A DNA stretch of 64,000 nucleotides, taken from positions 2,356,001 to 2,420,000 of the forward strand of contig CDROCS010000253.1 in NCBI GenBank assembly GCA_977020255.1, written 5' to 3'. Origin of the DNA: Obrimoposthia wandeli (taxonomy: Eukaryota). Numbering within the stretch: position 1 is the first letter of the stretch; each line of letters begins with the position of its first letter. The notes below the pieces were generated by a model. It ran no database searches and was not told the origin of the DNA. It saw only the letters and a list, made by a program, of their open reading frames with translations. A program made the position numbers and the translations under genes. Positions 28,590 through 39,328 of this stretch are shown piece by piece.

Positions 28590-30110
28590 ATGAGTGATAG
28601 TCCAGTAGTTACATCGGTAGTAACAGGTCATAAAAAAATTTTAGTCGTTGATAACGACATCAATAGAAGTCAGCAACTAAGTACAGTACTTGCTTTTGTT
28701 GGTGAACATTTTATCCATTGCTCGCAAGAGCAAGCGATTGAAAGTGTGGCTGATAATAGTCACATTCTCACAGTAATATTAACAGGTAATGTTAGTCATG
28801 ATTGTGCTGCTTTAATTAAAGCGACCCCGAGCGTTCCGTTTATTCTTCATGATGTACTCGATGCCAATGAACTAGCTATTAACGTTAATGTCATTGGTAT
28901 TCTTGCGGCACCACTTAATTATGCTCAGCTCACTGAGCTTATTCACCATTGTCATCAATATCATAATAAATTACCGCGTAAAGGTAGCAAACTCAATTCC
29001 AGTGCTTTATTTCGTTCATTGGTTGGTAGTAGTGAGCCGATGGCGCAAGTGCGATTTTTGATTGAGCAAGTTGCGAAAACACCCGCCAGTGTTTTAGTAC
29101 TTGGGGAGTCAGGGACAGGTAAAGAGGTGGTTGCACGAAATATTCATAATTTATCTGAGCGGGCAAAAGAAGCCTTTGTACCGATTAACTGTGGTGCTAT
29201 TCCTGCTGAATTGCTTGAAAGTGAATTATTTGGTCATGAAAAAGGTGCTTTCACGGGAGCTATTTCTACCCGTAAAGGTCGTTTTGAATTAGCTGAAGGT
29301 GGCACGCTCTTTTTAGATGAAATAGGTGATATGCCGCAACCTATGCAGGTAAAATTATTACGTGTTTTACAAGAGCGTACCTTTGAACGTGTTGGTGGCA
29401 GTAAAAGTATTAAGGCCAATGTTCGTATTGTTGCAGCTACTCATCAAGATTTAGAAGAAATGATCAAAGAAGGGAGTTTTAGAGAAGATTTATACTATCG
29501 TTTGAATGTCTTCCCAATAGAAACTCCAGCATTACGTGATCGAAAAGAAGACATCCCGCTGTTATTGAAAGAGTTACTTACTCGCTTTGAACATGAACAA
29601 AATAAGACGGTTCGCTTTACTGAAAAAGCCATAGAATCGTTGATGGAACATCCTTGGGCGGGTAATGTTCGAGAACTATCAAACTTAATTGAACGTATGT
29701 TAATTATGTACGGTGATCAAATTGTTGATGTTGCAGAGTTACCTTATAAATATCAGCATATAGATGTGCAAGCTTATAACCCCGAATACCCTGAAGAGTT
29801 ACAAGAACATGATGTTATTAACGAGCTTTTTGGTGGTTTTGATTATGGTGATGACGAAATAGACGATGAAGATGAGTTAGCGGTTGAAAGTGATGTTAAT
29901 GGCACACAAAATACGGCAGATGCGACCTTATTACCTCATGATGGTTTAAACTTAAAAGAACATTTAGCCAATCTTGAAGTGTCTTTAATTAATCAATCGT
30001 TAAGTAAACATGATTATGTGGTTGCTAGAGCGGCAGAAACACTTGGTATGCGCAGAACTACGTTAGTCGAAAAAATGCGTAAGTATAATTTACATAAACC
30101 CAGTGAGTAA
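28590..30110 (+). CDS. flrA: Flagellar master regulator FlrA/FleQ (sigma54 activator)
   Basis: FleQ-type N-terminal domain, 'LFRS', 'GESGTGKE', 'GAFTGA', C-terminal HTH '[19 protein letters not shown]'. Confidence 0.95.
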   Translation: MSDSPVVTSVVTGHKKILVVDNDINRSQQLSTVLAFVGEHFIHCSQEQAIESVADNSHILTVILTGNVSHDCAALIKATPSVPFILHDVLDANELAINVNVIGILAAPLNYAQLTELIHHCHQYHNKLPRKGSKLNSSALFRSLVGSSEPMAQVRFLIEQVAKTPASVLVLGESGTGKEVVARNIHNLSERAKEAFVPINCGAIPAELLESELFGHEKGAFTGAISTRKGRFELAEGGTLFLDEIGDMPQPMQVKLLRVLQERTFERVGGSKSIKANVRIVAATHQDLEEMIKEGSFREDLYYRLNVFPIETPALRDRKEDIPLLLKELLTRFEHEQNKTVRFTEKAIESLMEHPWAGNVRELSNLIERMLIMYGDQIVDVAELPYKYQHIDVQAYNPEYPEELQEHDVINELFGGFDYGDDEIDDEDELAVESDVNGTQNTADATLLPHDGLNLKEHLANLEVSLINQSLSKHDYVVARAAETLGMRRTTLVEKMRKYNLHKPSE

Positions 30111-30135
30111 CTTAAGCTAGAGCAATTTGGCTTAG

Positions 30136-30149
30136 GTCAATAGATTGAC
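30136..30149. promoter_or_regulatory. FlrA/FleQ box upstream of flrBC
   Basis: GTCAATAGATTGAC, a full match to GTCA-N6-TGAC, about 65 bp upstream of the sigma54 site. Confidence 0.6.
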
Positions 30150-30213
30150 AGTGAGATTTAACTGATTTTGATGTTTTTATTTTTTAATTTATTGAATTAT
30201 AAGATAAAAATAA

Positions 30214-30229
30214 TGGCATAGTAAATGCT
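30214..30229 (+). promoter_or_regulatory. sigma54 promoter for flrBC
   Basis: TGGCATAGTAAATGCT, GG-N10-GC. Confidence 0.7.
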
Positions 30230-30265
30230 TTATAAGTACTAGATAGTTTTTTTGAGTACCTATGT

Positions 30266-31603
30266 ATGGCACACATTATGTCACAAGCAAACCCTACCGC
30301 AATCCCTAGCATTATGCCTTTAGCAAGGGAAGCAAGCGCCAATGCTGCGTTTCATTCAGTGAATATTGTTGGGGCAAGTAAGCCATCCTTACTTGAGCAT
30401 GAAGCGTTTCCGGGGGAATTAGCGGCATTGAGGGCACAAGCAACTCAAAATACAAAGCATAAATTTTCTCTTCGCTCAATCGCGAGTACTCACCATTTTA
30501 ATAGTGCAACGTCAGAAAAAAATCCTCTTAGTTATAATTTATTAGCAGACCAGCTAATAGAAGTGATGCCAACAGGTTTAGTTATGCTTGATGGTAATGG
30601 TATCGTGGTGAAGATAAACCAAGTGGCTAGAAACTTACTTGATGAGCCCATTCTTGGCCAACCTTGGTTTAATGTTATTGCCCGTTCATTCGATCCACGT
30701 GAAGATGATTGGCATGAGATATCACTTAAAGATGGTCGCCGAGTAAAGCTAGAAATTACTAGCTTAGGCTCACAACCAGGTCAGTTGATCATGATAACAG
30801 ACCTAACTGAAACCCGATTACTGCAAGATAAATTAGCGCAAATGCAACGTCTTTCTTCGTTAGGAAAAATGGTGTCAACACTCGCTCATCAAATACGTAC
30901 GCCTTTATCTGCCGCCATTTTATATAGCGAAAATTTATCAACGAATAAACTAGCAGAAACTTCGCGGCTTAAATTTCAAGGAAAACTAAATGACCGCTTA
31001 CATGATTTAGAGCAGCAAGTGAACGATATGCTGTTATTTTCTAAAAGTGGCAAAGAACAAGTGGTTGCCCCTGTCGATGTAGGAGAACTCATTAATGATG
31101 CGGTTAGTTCAATGGATGCATTACTGGATAAAGAAAATACCCAAGTAAAAGTGCAATTACCTGAAAATGATCTTTATATACTCGGTAATAAAAATGCCTT
31201 AACAGGGGCCATTCAAAATTTATTACATAATTCCTTACAAGCGTTCAGTACTAATAAGGTTATTGAACCGCTGATAAATATTCAAGCTTATAGTCAAGCC
31301 AACCATTTATATTTAAGTTTTAAAGACAATGGCCCAGGTATTGACGGTAAAATTATCGATCAAATATTTCAGCCTTTTTATACTTCAAGTAGTAAGGGCA
31401 CCGGTCTTGGTTTGGCTGTTGTTAAATCGGTAGTGAACGCGCATCAAGGTGAAGTGAGTTTACTTAACGAAACTAATCCTAATGGAAAAAGTACTCACGG
31501 AACCAATACTCACGAAAAAAATACAGGCGCACACTTTGTTATTAAGCTACCTTTGCTAGAGCAAGGTAACGTGATGAATAGTAGTCCAATGGGAGAGTGT
31601 TAA
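30266..31603 (+). CDS. flrB: Sensor histidine kinase FlrB/FleS
   Basis: PAS region, H-box 'LAHQIRTPL', 'DNGPGI', 'GTGLGLAVV'; no transmembrane segment; start uncertain. Confidence 0.93.
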   Translation: MAHIMSQANPTAIPSIMPLAREASANAAFHSVNIVGASKPSLLEHEAFPGELAALRAQATQNTKHKFSLRSIASTHHFNSATSEKNPLSYNLLADQLIEVMPTGLVMLDGNGIVVKINQVARNLLDEPILGQPWFNVIARSFDPREDDWHEISLKDGRRVKLEITSLGSQPGQLIMITDLTETRLLQDKLAQMQRLSSLGKMVSTLAHQIRTPLSAAILYSENLSTNKLAETSRLKFQGKLNDRLHDLEQQVNDMLLFSKSGKEQVVAPVDVGELINDAVSSMDALLDKENTQVKVQLPENDLYILGNKNALTGAIQNLLHNSLQAFSTNKVIEPLINIQAYSQANHLYLSFKDNGPGIDGKIIDQIFQPFYTSSSKGTGLGLAVVKSVVNAHQGEVSLLNETNPNGKSTHGTNTHEKNTGAHFVIKLPLLEQGNVMNSSPMGEC

Positions 31604-32943
31604 TGACTGAACATAAAATTCTTGTTGTTGAAGATGATGCCGGTTTGCGCGAAGCGTTGGTAGATACACTTTCATTAGCCAATTATCACTGCGTTGAAGC
31701 TGATTCTGGCGAAGCTGCCTTGTTGGCGTTAAAAAAACATCAAGTGGATATTGTCATCAGTGATGTACAAATGGGCGGAATGTCTGGTTTATCTTTACTA
31801 AAAAGTATCAAAAGTCAGCATGCTAATTTACCCGTCTTATTGATGACTGCTTATGGCACCATAAACGATGCCGTACAAGCGATGAAAGATGGTGCTTGTA
31901 ACTATATTGCCAAGCCCTTCGCTCCACAAGTATTGCTCAATATGGTCAGCCAATATATTCCGCCACAAATAGTGAATAAAAATGACCCCATTGTCGCGGA
32001 TAAACGATCATTAGAACTACTTACTTTGGCTAAAAAAGTTGCCAGCACTGATGCTTCTGTGATGATCCTTGGCCCAAGTGGCTCAGGTAAAGAAGTGTTA
32101 GCGCAGTACGTTCACAATCACTCGAAACGAAATACTCAGGCTTTTATCGCTATTAATTGTGCTGCTATTCCTGAAAATATGCTTGAAGCAACATTATTTG
32201 GTTATGAAAAAGGCGCTTTTACTGGCGCAATTCAAGCCTGCCCAGGAAAATTCGAACAAGCACAAGGCGGCACAATTTTACTTGATGAAATAACCGAAAT
32301 GGACTTGGGCTTACAAGCAAAAATTTTACGGGTATTACAAGAGCGTGAAGTAGAGCGCTTAGGCGGCAGAAAAACCATTAGCCTTGATGTCCGTGTTATT
32401 GCGACCAGTAACCGAGATTTAAAAGCAGCGGTAAGTGATGGCGTATTTCGGGAAGATCTTTATTATCGCCTTAATGTATTTCCGCTGTCTTGGTTACCGT
32501 TAGCTCAACGAGTTGATGATATCTTTGTTTTAGCAGAACACTTAGTTTCCCTACATTGTCAAAAAAATGGCGATAGTATTCCTGATTTTTCAGCTGCGGC
32601 ACGCAGTAAGCTTAATGCTTACCATTGGCCTGGTAATGTTCGTGAACTAGACAATGTTATTCAAAGAGCACTTATTTTACATACTGATCAGCTTATTGAT
32701 GCGGGAGACTTACTGATTGAAAACTTCGATACTGCCTTGGTAGTAGAGCCAGAAAATCTTACCAGTAGTGATGATAAGCTCGGCAGTGAGCTAAAGTTGC
32801 AAGAGCATCAAATTATTCTAGATACCTTACAAGCTTGTCATGGCAGTCGCAAAGACGTAGCAGAACGCTTAGGGATAAGTCCACGAACACTGCGCTATAA
32901 AATTGCTAAAATGCGTGATTCAGGTATTGAAATTCCAGCGTAA
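31603..32943 (+). CDS. flrC: sigma54-dependent response regulator FlrC/FleR
   Basis: Receiver 'SDVQM', 'GPSGSGKE', 'GAFTGA', HTH 'AERLGISPRTLRYK'; ATG overlaps the flrB stop. Confidence 0.95.
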   Translation: MTEHKILVVEDDAGLREALVDTLSLANYHCVEADSGEAALLALKKHQVDIVISDVQMGGMSGLSLLKSIKSQHANLPVLLMTAYGTINDAVQAMKDGACNYIAKPFAPQVLLNMVSQYIPPQIVNKNDPIVADKRSLELLTLAKKVASTDASVMILGPSGSGKEVLAQYVHNHSKRNTQAFIAINCAAIPENMLEATLFGYEKGAFTGAIQACPGKFEQAQGGTILLDEITEMDLGLQAKILRVLQEREVERLGGRKTISLDVRVIATSNRDLKAAVSDGVFREDLYYRLNVFPLSWLPLAQRVDDIFVLAEHLVSLHCQKNGDSIPDFSAAARSKLNAYHWPGNVRELDNVIQRALILHTDQLIDAGDLLIENFDTALVVEPENLTSSDDKLGSELKLQEHQIILDTLQACHGSRKDVAERLGISPRTLRYKIAKMRDSGIEIPA

Positions 32944-32960
32944 AACTCATTTAACTTATC

Positions 32961-32995
32961 ATTCAGGTTATCATTGACGATAACCTGAATTTTTA
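32961..32995 (+). terminator. Intrinsic terminator after flrC
   Basis: attcaggttatc / gataacctgaat stem plus T-run. Confidence 0.7.
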
Positions 32996-33060
32996 TTTAA
33001 CCCTCAATTAATGCTCAATTAAATTTCCCTAGATCACTTCATCACTTAAATATTTTCTTT

Positions 33061-33076
33061 TGGCACTATGCTTGCA
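33061..33076 (+). promoter_or_regulatory. sigma54 promoter for the fliE operon
   Basis: TGGCACTATGCTTGCA, near-perfect consensus. Confidence 0.85.
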
Positions 33077-33101
33077 ACCTCACTGTTATATCTTGTGTAA
33101 A

Positions 33102-33115
33102 GTTAAAAAATTGAC
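33102..33115. promoter_or_regulatory. Putative FlrA/FleQ box in the fliE leader
   Basis: GTTAAAAAATTGAC, one mismatch to consensus, downstream of the sigma54 site. Confidence 0.4.
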
Positions 33116-33130
33116 AAAAGTGAGTGCCCT

Positions 33131-33499
33131 ATGGATATCAAAAGTAATTCTCTATTTAGCCAGATGCAAAGCATGTCATTACAGGCCATGGGTAACAAAC
33201 CACCAGCAATTGATGTTGATTCTGTTGGTATAAACGGTACGGCAAGTAATAGCGTTGGTAAAATCAATGAATCTACCAGTAATTTTGGCGATATGCTTAC
33301 CAGTGCACTTAAGAGTGTCAATGAGCTACAAACAGAAGCAGGCGAAAAGAAAACTGCTTTTGAAATGGGCGATAGTAACGTTACCCTTGCAGAAGTAATG
33401 ATTGCTTCTTCTAAATCAGGCATAGCCCTGGATGCAACAGTGCAAATACGAAATAAATTTGTTGAAGCATATAAAGAAATAATGAGCATGCCAGTCTAA
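33131..33499 (+). CDS. fliE: Hook-basal body protein FliE
   Basis: 'EVMIASSKS', 'QIRNKFVEAYKEIMSMPV'. Confidence 0.95.
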   Translation: MDIKSNSLFSQMQSMSLQAMGNKPPAIDVDSVGINGTASNSVGKINESTSNFGDMLTSALKSVNELQTEAGEKKTAFEMGDSNVTLAEVMIASSKSGIALDATVQIRNKFVEAYKEIMSMPV

Positions 33500-33681
33500 T
33501 TCAACTAGCCTAAATCATGTATAATGTCGTTACTTTTAGTAAATAGCTGGGTAGGCTAGATATCAATTAAGCGCCTTGTTTTAAATGATTTATTCATAGT
33601 TGAATCTGAGTATATAAAAATAGTTCCCCCTCGATTAATTTGTAAACTTTGTCTTAAAAAACAGTACCACGGAGAAGTGAA

Positions 33682-35418
33682 GTGTCTGATACAAACGCAA
33701 TGGTTGCAGCCGATAGTAGTGGCGATATGATCGCCAGTGAAGCTGATAGTGCGGGGATTGGAGAGCAAAAATCAGGATTCTCTGCTTCACTAGGTAACGT
33801 TGACATTTTACGACAAATCACCATAGTGGTGGCTTTGGCTATTTGTTTAGCTATTGCCGTATTTGTTATTATGCTGGCTAATGAGCCTGAATATCGAGTG
33901 CTGTCAAAGTTACCGACTAAACAATTGATTACCGCCATGGACTTTCTTGACGCCAATCAAGTGGAGTATCGCCAAGAAAACAATATTATATCGGTGCCTA
34001 CAGATGAATATCAAAATATAAAACTATTGTTAGCTAGAGAGGGCTTAACAGATGAACCTTCACAAGGTGAAGATATTTTAATGAAAGATATGGGCTTTGG
34101 TGTTAGCCAACGTCTTGAACGAGAAAGATTAAAATATGGCAGAGAACAGCAAATTGCTAAAACAATAGAACAGTTAAAAAGCATAAGCCGAGCTAAAGTA
34201 TTACTGGCTATTCCTCGTGAAAATATATTTGCCCGTCGAGAAAAAAATCCTTCAGCGACCGTAGTGCTTACTATGCAACGTGGTAAAATGCTTTCTGAAG
34301 AAGAAGTTGATGCCGTTGTTGATATTGTTGCCTCAGCGGTACAAGGTTTAACTCCCAATCGTGTCACCGTTACCGATCAAAATGGACGCTTACTTAATTC
34401 AGGCTCACAAGACTCTATTTCATCTCGCTCAAGAAAAGAGTTTGAGATTGAACAAAAACGTGAACAAGAATACATGGAGAAAATTGACAGTATTCTTATT
34501 CCCGTGGTTGGTTTAGGTAACTATACTGCGCAAGTTGATATCACCATGGATTTTACCAATGTTGAAGAAACACAGCGTCGCTATAATTCAGATTTACCAG
34601 CACTACGTAGTGAAATGAGCGTTGAAACCAGTAATATTGGTGGCGGATTAGGAGGTATTCCAGGCGCTTTAACAAACCAGCCACCCATTGCATCTGTTAT
34701 TCCTGAAGATGCAATTGGCGGGCAAAAGAAAAGCATGCCAAGCCGAAAACATTCTGAGTCGACTAAAAATTATGAACTTGATGAAGCCATTAGCCATACT
34801 AAGCAGCAAGCGGGTGTTATTAGACGTGTTAGCGTATCTGTAGCACTAGATTATGTGGCAGGCATTGCAGCAGCACCTGTTGAAGGAGCTACAACCACGC
34901 CAGCGCCGAGTTTTGTACCACGCTCTGCAGGTGAAACAGCCAGTATTCGTCGTCTACTACAAGGTAGTATTGGTTTTGATTTACAACGTGGTGATGTTTT
35001 AGAAGTAGTCACTATTCCCTTTAATCGTCCAGACTTTGGCGTAGTAACAGAGGTGCCTATTTGGCAACAACCTTGGTTTATTAAAGTACTTAAATTAGTA
35101 TTGGGAGCCTTGGTTATTATTGTGCTGATCCTCGCTGTTGTTCGCCCAATGCTGAAACGTTTAATCTACCCAGAGCAAACGCCAGATGATTACGGTGACA
35201 AATCACTAGATGGTCATATCGATTTAGGTGATGAAACTATGGATATGCTGACGTCTGATTTTGATGCTGGCGCAGTTGGCTTTGCAGCAGATGGCAGTTT
35301 ACAATTACCTGATCTTCATCGAGATGAAGATGTATTAAAAGCGGTTCGAGCGTTAGTCGCTAATGAGCCAGAATTATCATCGCAAGTAGTAAAAAGTTGG
35401 TTGAACGAAGATGAGTGA
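33682..35418 (+). CDS. fliF: MS-ring protein FliF
   Basis: Two transmembrane segments, 'GFGVSQRLE', 'PSATVVL', 'GFDLQRGD'. Confidence 0.96.
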   Translation: MSDTNAMVAADSSGDMIASEADSAGIGEQKSGFSASLGNVDILRQITIVVALAICLAIAVFVIMLANEPEYRVLSKLPTKQLITAMDFLDANQVEYRQENNIISVPTDEYQNIKLLLAREGLTDEPSQGEDILMKDMGFGVSQRLERERLKYGREQQIAKTIEQLKSISRAKVLLAIPRENIFARREKNPSATVVLTMQRGKMLSEEEVDAVVDIVASAVQGLTPNRVTVTDQNGRLLNSGSQDSISSRSRKEFEIEQKREQEYMEKIDSILIPVVGLGNYTAQVDITMDFTNVEETQRRYNSDLPALRSEMSVETSNIGGGLGGIPGALTNQPPIASVIPEDAIGGQKKSMPSRKHSESTKNYELDEAISHTKQQAGVIRRVSVSVALDYVAGIAAAPVEGATTTPAPSFVPRSAGETASIRRLLQGSIGFDLQRGDVLEVVTIPFNRPDFGVVTEVPIWQQPWFIKVLKLVLGALVIIVLILAVVRPMLKRLIYPEQTPDDYGDKSLDGHIDLGDETMDMLTSDFDAGAVGFAADGSLQLPDLHRDEDVLKAVRALVANEPELSSQVVKSWLNEDE

Positions 35419-36466
35419 TGAAAGAGAAATCGGCGAATTAGCCGCTGCTCCTGCAGGCTTTGATGTAGATAAATTAGAAGGTGCTGAAAAAGCAGCTATA
35501 TTACTGCTTAGTTTATCTGAAGAAGATGCCGCGCAAATTTTAAAACACCTTGAACCAAAACAAGTGCAGCAAGTGGGCACGGTTATGGCGGCGATGCAGG
35601 ATTTTACTCAAGAAAAAATCACTGCTGTTCATAAGTTGTTTATTCATGAAATACAAAACTTCTCAACTATTGGCTTCCAAAGTGAAGAATTTGTTCGCAG
35701 AGCCTTAACTGCAGCATTGGGTGAGGATAAAGCGGGTAACTTAATTGACCAAATTGTTATGGGCGGTGGTGCTAAGGGCCTAGACTCATTGAAATGGATG
35801 GACTCTAAACAGGTCGCAAATATAATTCGTAATGAGCATCCTCAAATTCAAACGATTGTGCTTTCATACCTTGAACCTGAGCAATCTGCGGAAATCATGG
35901 GACAGTTTACCGATAAAGTACGCTTAGACTTAATGATGCGTATTGCCAACTTAGAAGAAGTACAACCCGCAGCATTACAAGAATTAAATGAGATAATGGA
36001 AAAACAGTTTGCTGGTCAAGCTGGCGCGCAAGCTGCGAAAATGGGCGGCTTGAAAGCGGCTGCAGATATCATGAACTACCTTGATACCAATGTTGAAGGT
36101 ATGTTGATGGATTCAATTCGCGAAAATGATGAAGAGATGAGTCAGCAAATTCAAGACTTAATGTTTGTCTTTGAAAATCTTGCTGATGTTGATGATCGTG
36201 GTATGCAGGCTATCTTACGTGAAGTTCAACAAGAAGCCTTGATGAAAGCCATTAAAGGTACTGATGAAGCGTTAAAAGATAAAATAATGAGTAACATGTC
36301 AAAACGTGCTGCAGAAATGATGGCCGATGATTTAGAAGCGATGGGCCCAGTACGTATTAGTGAAGTTGAAGCGGCACAAAAAGAAATATTATCTGTTGCC
36401 CGACGACTTTCTGACGCCGGTGAAATTATGCTCGGCGGCGGTGGCGGCGGTGATGAGTTCTTATAG
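35411..36466 (+). CDS. fliG: Motor switch protein FliG
   Basis: 'KAAILLLSL', 'EHPQIQTIVL', 'MSKRAAEM', 'EVEAAQKEIL'. Confidence 0.97.
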   Translation: MSDEREIGELAAAPAGFDVDKLEGAEKAAILLLSLSEEDAAQILKHLEPKQVQQVGTVMAAMQDFTQEKITAVHKLFIHEIQNFSTIGFQSEEFVRRALTAALGEDKAGNLIDQIVMGGGAKGLDSLKWMDSKQVANIIRNEHPQIQTIVLSYLEPEQSAEIMGQFTDKVRLDLMMRIANLEEVQPAALQELNEIMEKQFAGQAGAQAAKMGGLKAAADIMNYLDTNVEGMLMDSIRENDEEMSQQIQDLMFVFENLADVDDRGMQAILREVQQEALMKAIKGTDEALKDKIMSNMSKRAAEMMADDLEAMGPVRISEVEAAQKEILSVARRLSDAGEIMLGGGGGGDEFL

Positions 36467-36501
36467 CAGCAAACTAATTTAATGTAGTCAAAGGTATTTT
36501 A

Positions 36502-37290
36502 ATGAGTAAATCCACTATCCGTATTATAAAAGCGTCTGATGAAGAAGCGACAGATGTTTGGTCTCTGCCTAATGTGCAAAATCAACCTAGTACTCAAGAT
36601 AAAGAGAAAACAAACGCTTTAGGTAAAAAAACTAACTGGGTATATGAGCCCCCAGAGCAGGAAGAAGCAGAGCCTCAACCCTTAACAGCGCAAGATATTG
36701 AAGAAATTCGTCAAGCAGCAAGTGAGGAAGGTTTTGGTCAAGGCAAAGAAGAAGGTTTTGCTAAAGGCTATGAAGAAGGTAAAGCTAAAGGTTTAGAAGA
36801 AGGTCAGGCACAAGGTATTGAAGAAGGTACTGAACAAGGTTTAACGCAAGGCAAAGAGCACATTGAACAACAAAGTGCTACTTGGCAAAGTTTAATTGCT
36901 CAATTACATCAACCGCTTGCCAGTGTGGAAAAAAATGTCGAAGAGCAATTACTGAATTTAGTTTTACAATTGACTGAGGCGGTGGTTTTACACGAAGCAA
37001 AAACCAACCCAGACATTTTAATGGCGGCGATTGCTACAGGTATCAAAAGTTTACCTAGCAGTGATACACAGACACAAATATTCTTGAATCCAAGTGATAT
37101 TAAGTTGGTAGAAGCTCAATTTGGCGCCGAACACATTAGCCAAGAAGGCTGGCGTTTACTTCCTGCCCCACAAGTTTCTCAAGGTAGTTGTCAAATAGAA
37201 AACAGCACTTCAAATATTGATTTACAGATGAAAGCTAGATTAAAGCAAGTGCTGGAACCTTTCTTGCAAGAAGCTTTACATCAGAGCTAA
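36502..37290 (+). CDS. fliH: Export apparatus protein FliH
   Basis: xxxG repeat run 'EEGFGQGKEEGFAKGYEEG', 'LNPSD', 'GSCQIE'. Confidence 0.93.
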   Translation: MSKSTIRIIKASDEEATDVWSLPNVQNQPSTQDKEKTNALGKKTNWVYEPPEQEEAEPQPLTAQDIEEIRQAASEEGFGQGKEEGFAKGYEEGKAKGLEEGQAQGIEEGTEQGLTQGKEHIEQQSATWQSLIAQLHQPLASVEKNVEEQLLNLVLQLTEAVVLHEAKTNPDILMAAIATGIKSLPSSDTQTQIFLNPSDIKLVEAQFGAEHISQEGWRLLPAPQVSQGSCQIENSTSNIDLQMKARLKQVLEPFLQEALHQS

Positions 37291-37352
37291 TAAGTTATTT
37301 ATTTTTTACACTGTTTAGTCTCGAATTTTTTATTTTAAGGTAAATAAACACT

Positions 37353-38702
37353 ATGGTTGATAGCGTGCGCTTAACCGAGCGTTTAAAAAAAAATCAACAA
37401 TTCATTCATGATTTCAAAGCGCCAGTCGCGGGCAGATTAGTGCGTGTTGTCGGCTTAACACTTGAAGCTGTTGGCGTTAAAGCGCATGTCGGTAGTCAGT
37501 GTCTCGTTGAAACAGCACATGGTGACTTACTGGCAGAAGTTGTTGGCTTTGCTCAAGATATTACTTACTTAATGCCAGAAGAAAGCCTTCGCGGTGTTAT
37601 GCCAGGCGCGCGCGTATTGCCTATTTCTAGTAAAGCTAAAGTACCTTTATCAATGGACTTACTCGGCCGTGTTATTAACGGTGTAGGTAAACCACTTGAT
37701 GGTAAAGGACCTATCAAGTCTGATGACGACTATTATCATGATAGTAGACCAATTAATCCATTATCACGACGAGCCATTACTGAAGTACTTGATGTTGGTG
37801 TTCGTTCTATCAATAGTTTTATCAGTATTGGTAAAGGTCAGCGTATGGGACTTTTTGCCGGATCAGGTGTCGGTAAAAGTGTACTCATGGGTATGATGAC
37901 TCGCGGAACAACCGCTGACGTGGTGGTGGTTGGTTTAGTGGGTGAGCGCGGCCGAGAAGTGAAAGAATTTATCGAAGAAATTTTAGGTGAAGAAGGATTA
38001 AAGCGCGCCGTTGTGGTCGCCGCACCCGCCGATAATTCGCCGTTAATGCGTCTTAAAGGTTGTGAAACTGCGGTACAAATTAGTGAGTACTTTCGCGACC
38101 AAGGCTTAAATGTTTTGTTATTACTTGATTCATTAACACGTTATGCACAAGCGCAAAGAGAAATTGCTTTAGCGGTTGGTGAACCACCAGCGACTAAAGG
38201 CTATCCACCCTCGGTATTTTCGAAGCTACCTCAACTCGTTGAACGTGCAGGTAATGGCGGTGAAGGACAGGGCTCAATAACGGCTTTTTATACCGTATTA
38301 ACTGAAGGCGATGATTTACAAGACCCCGTTGCTGATGCCGCTCGTGCTATTCTAGATGGCCATGTGGTTTTATCTCGAGAGTTAGCCGATGCTGGGCATT
38401 ACCCCGCGGTAAATATTGAAGGCTCTATTTCCCGAGTAATGCCAATGGTTACCAGTGCTGATCATCAAGAACTAGCAAAAAGATTAAAGCAAATGTATGC
38501 ACTGTATCAGCAAAATAAAGATCTTATTGCCATAGGCGCTTATACCAAAGGAAATGATCCACGAATTGACCAGGCAATCAATGTGCTACCTGTCATTAAT
38601 TTCTTTTTACAGCAAAAAATTAGTGAAGTTATTCCTTATGATCAAAGCATTGCTCAATTGCAAGAAATCATTGCAGCAGCACATGCTCATAATAATCAGT
38701 AA
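37353..38702 (+). CDS. fliI: Export ATPase FliI
   Basis: Walker A 'GSGVGKS', 'GERGREV', 'DSLTRYAQAQREI'. Confidence 0.97.
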   Translation: MVDSVRLTERLKKNQQFIHDFKAPVAGRLVRVVGLTLEAVGVKAHVGSQCLVETAHGDLLAEVVGFAQDITYLMPEESLRGVMPGARVLPISSKAKVPLSMDLLGRVINGVGKPLDGKGPIKSDDDYYHDSRPINPLSRRAITEVLDVGVRSINSFISIGKGQRMGLFAGSGVGKSVLMGMMTRGTTADVVVVGLVGERGREVKEFIEEILGEEGLKRAVVVAAPADNSPLMRLKGCETAVQISEYFRDQGLNVLLLLDSLTRYAQAQREIALAVGEPPATKGYPPSVFSKLPQLVERAGNGGEGQGSITAFYTVLTEGDDLQDPVADAARAILDGHVVLSRELADAGHYPAVNIEGSISRVMPMVTSADHQELAKRLKQMYALYQQNKDLIAIGAYTKGNDPRIDQAINVLPVINFFLQQKISEVIPYDQSIAQLQEIIAAAHAHNNQ

Positions 38703-38714
38703 AGAGTACTCAAC

Positions 38715-39158
38715 ATGCCAATGAAGCAACTTGATACCATTTTAAAGTATGAACGAGACAACGAGCAACGTTGCGCCGATCAATTAAAGATTGCTGAAAA
38801 TGAATATCAACAAAATATTATTCGTTTACAGGGTGTTGCCGACTATCGTTTAGAATACATGAAACGTTTAAGTCAAAAAGCAGAAAACGGTCTAGATAGC
38901 GCCACATACAGTCATTATCATGCTTTTATTGGCAAGCTCGATACCGCCTCTAAACAAGTTGAAATAGCGATGCGACAAGCAAAAGCATTGGCTGAGCAAA
39001 GTAAAACCCTTTGGCTTAAGCAACGACAGAAAGTAAAAGCCGTGGAGTTATTACGTGATAAGCGTTTTAAAAAAGTCGCGGTGGCAGCAGACAGAGCTGA
39101 GCAAAAAATGTTTGATGAAATAGCGACACAACAATATATTCGCCGCCCCATGCGTTAA
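38715..39158 (+). CDS. fliJ: Export chaperone FliJ
   Basis: 147 aa coiled-coil protein after fliI; 'EQKMFDE' C-terminal motif. Confidence 0.9.
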   Translation: MPMKQLDTILKYERDNEQRCADQLKIAENEYQQNIIRLQGVADYRLEYMKRLSQKAENGLDSATYSHYHAFIGKLDTASKQVEIAMRQAKALAEQSKTLWLKQRQKVKAVELLRDKRFKKVAVAADRAEQKMFDEIATQQYIRRPMR

Positions 39159-39328
39159 TTTTCTATGAAAGTGAGTTGTCCACTTAGTCACTATGATGAA
39201 GTGGAATGATTTTTGCTGTACTTTCCTTATAAAAAAAGAACAGATTAGAATTGTAGGACGCGCTGTACTAATGACATGCGGTGTGATTTTTCTAATGGAA
39301 ACTATTTAAATTGATCTAAGTTATTGGG

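Noticed and set aside
36720-36860. Tandem xxxG repeats in FliH
   Set aside because: Well-known FliH feature, not novel
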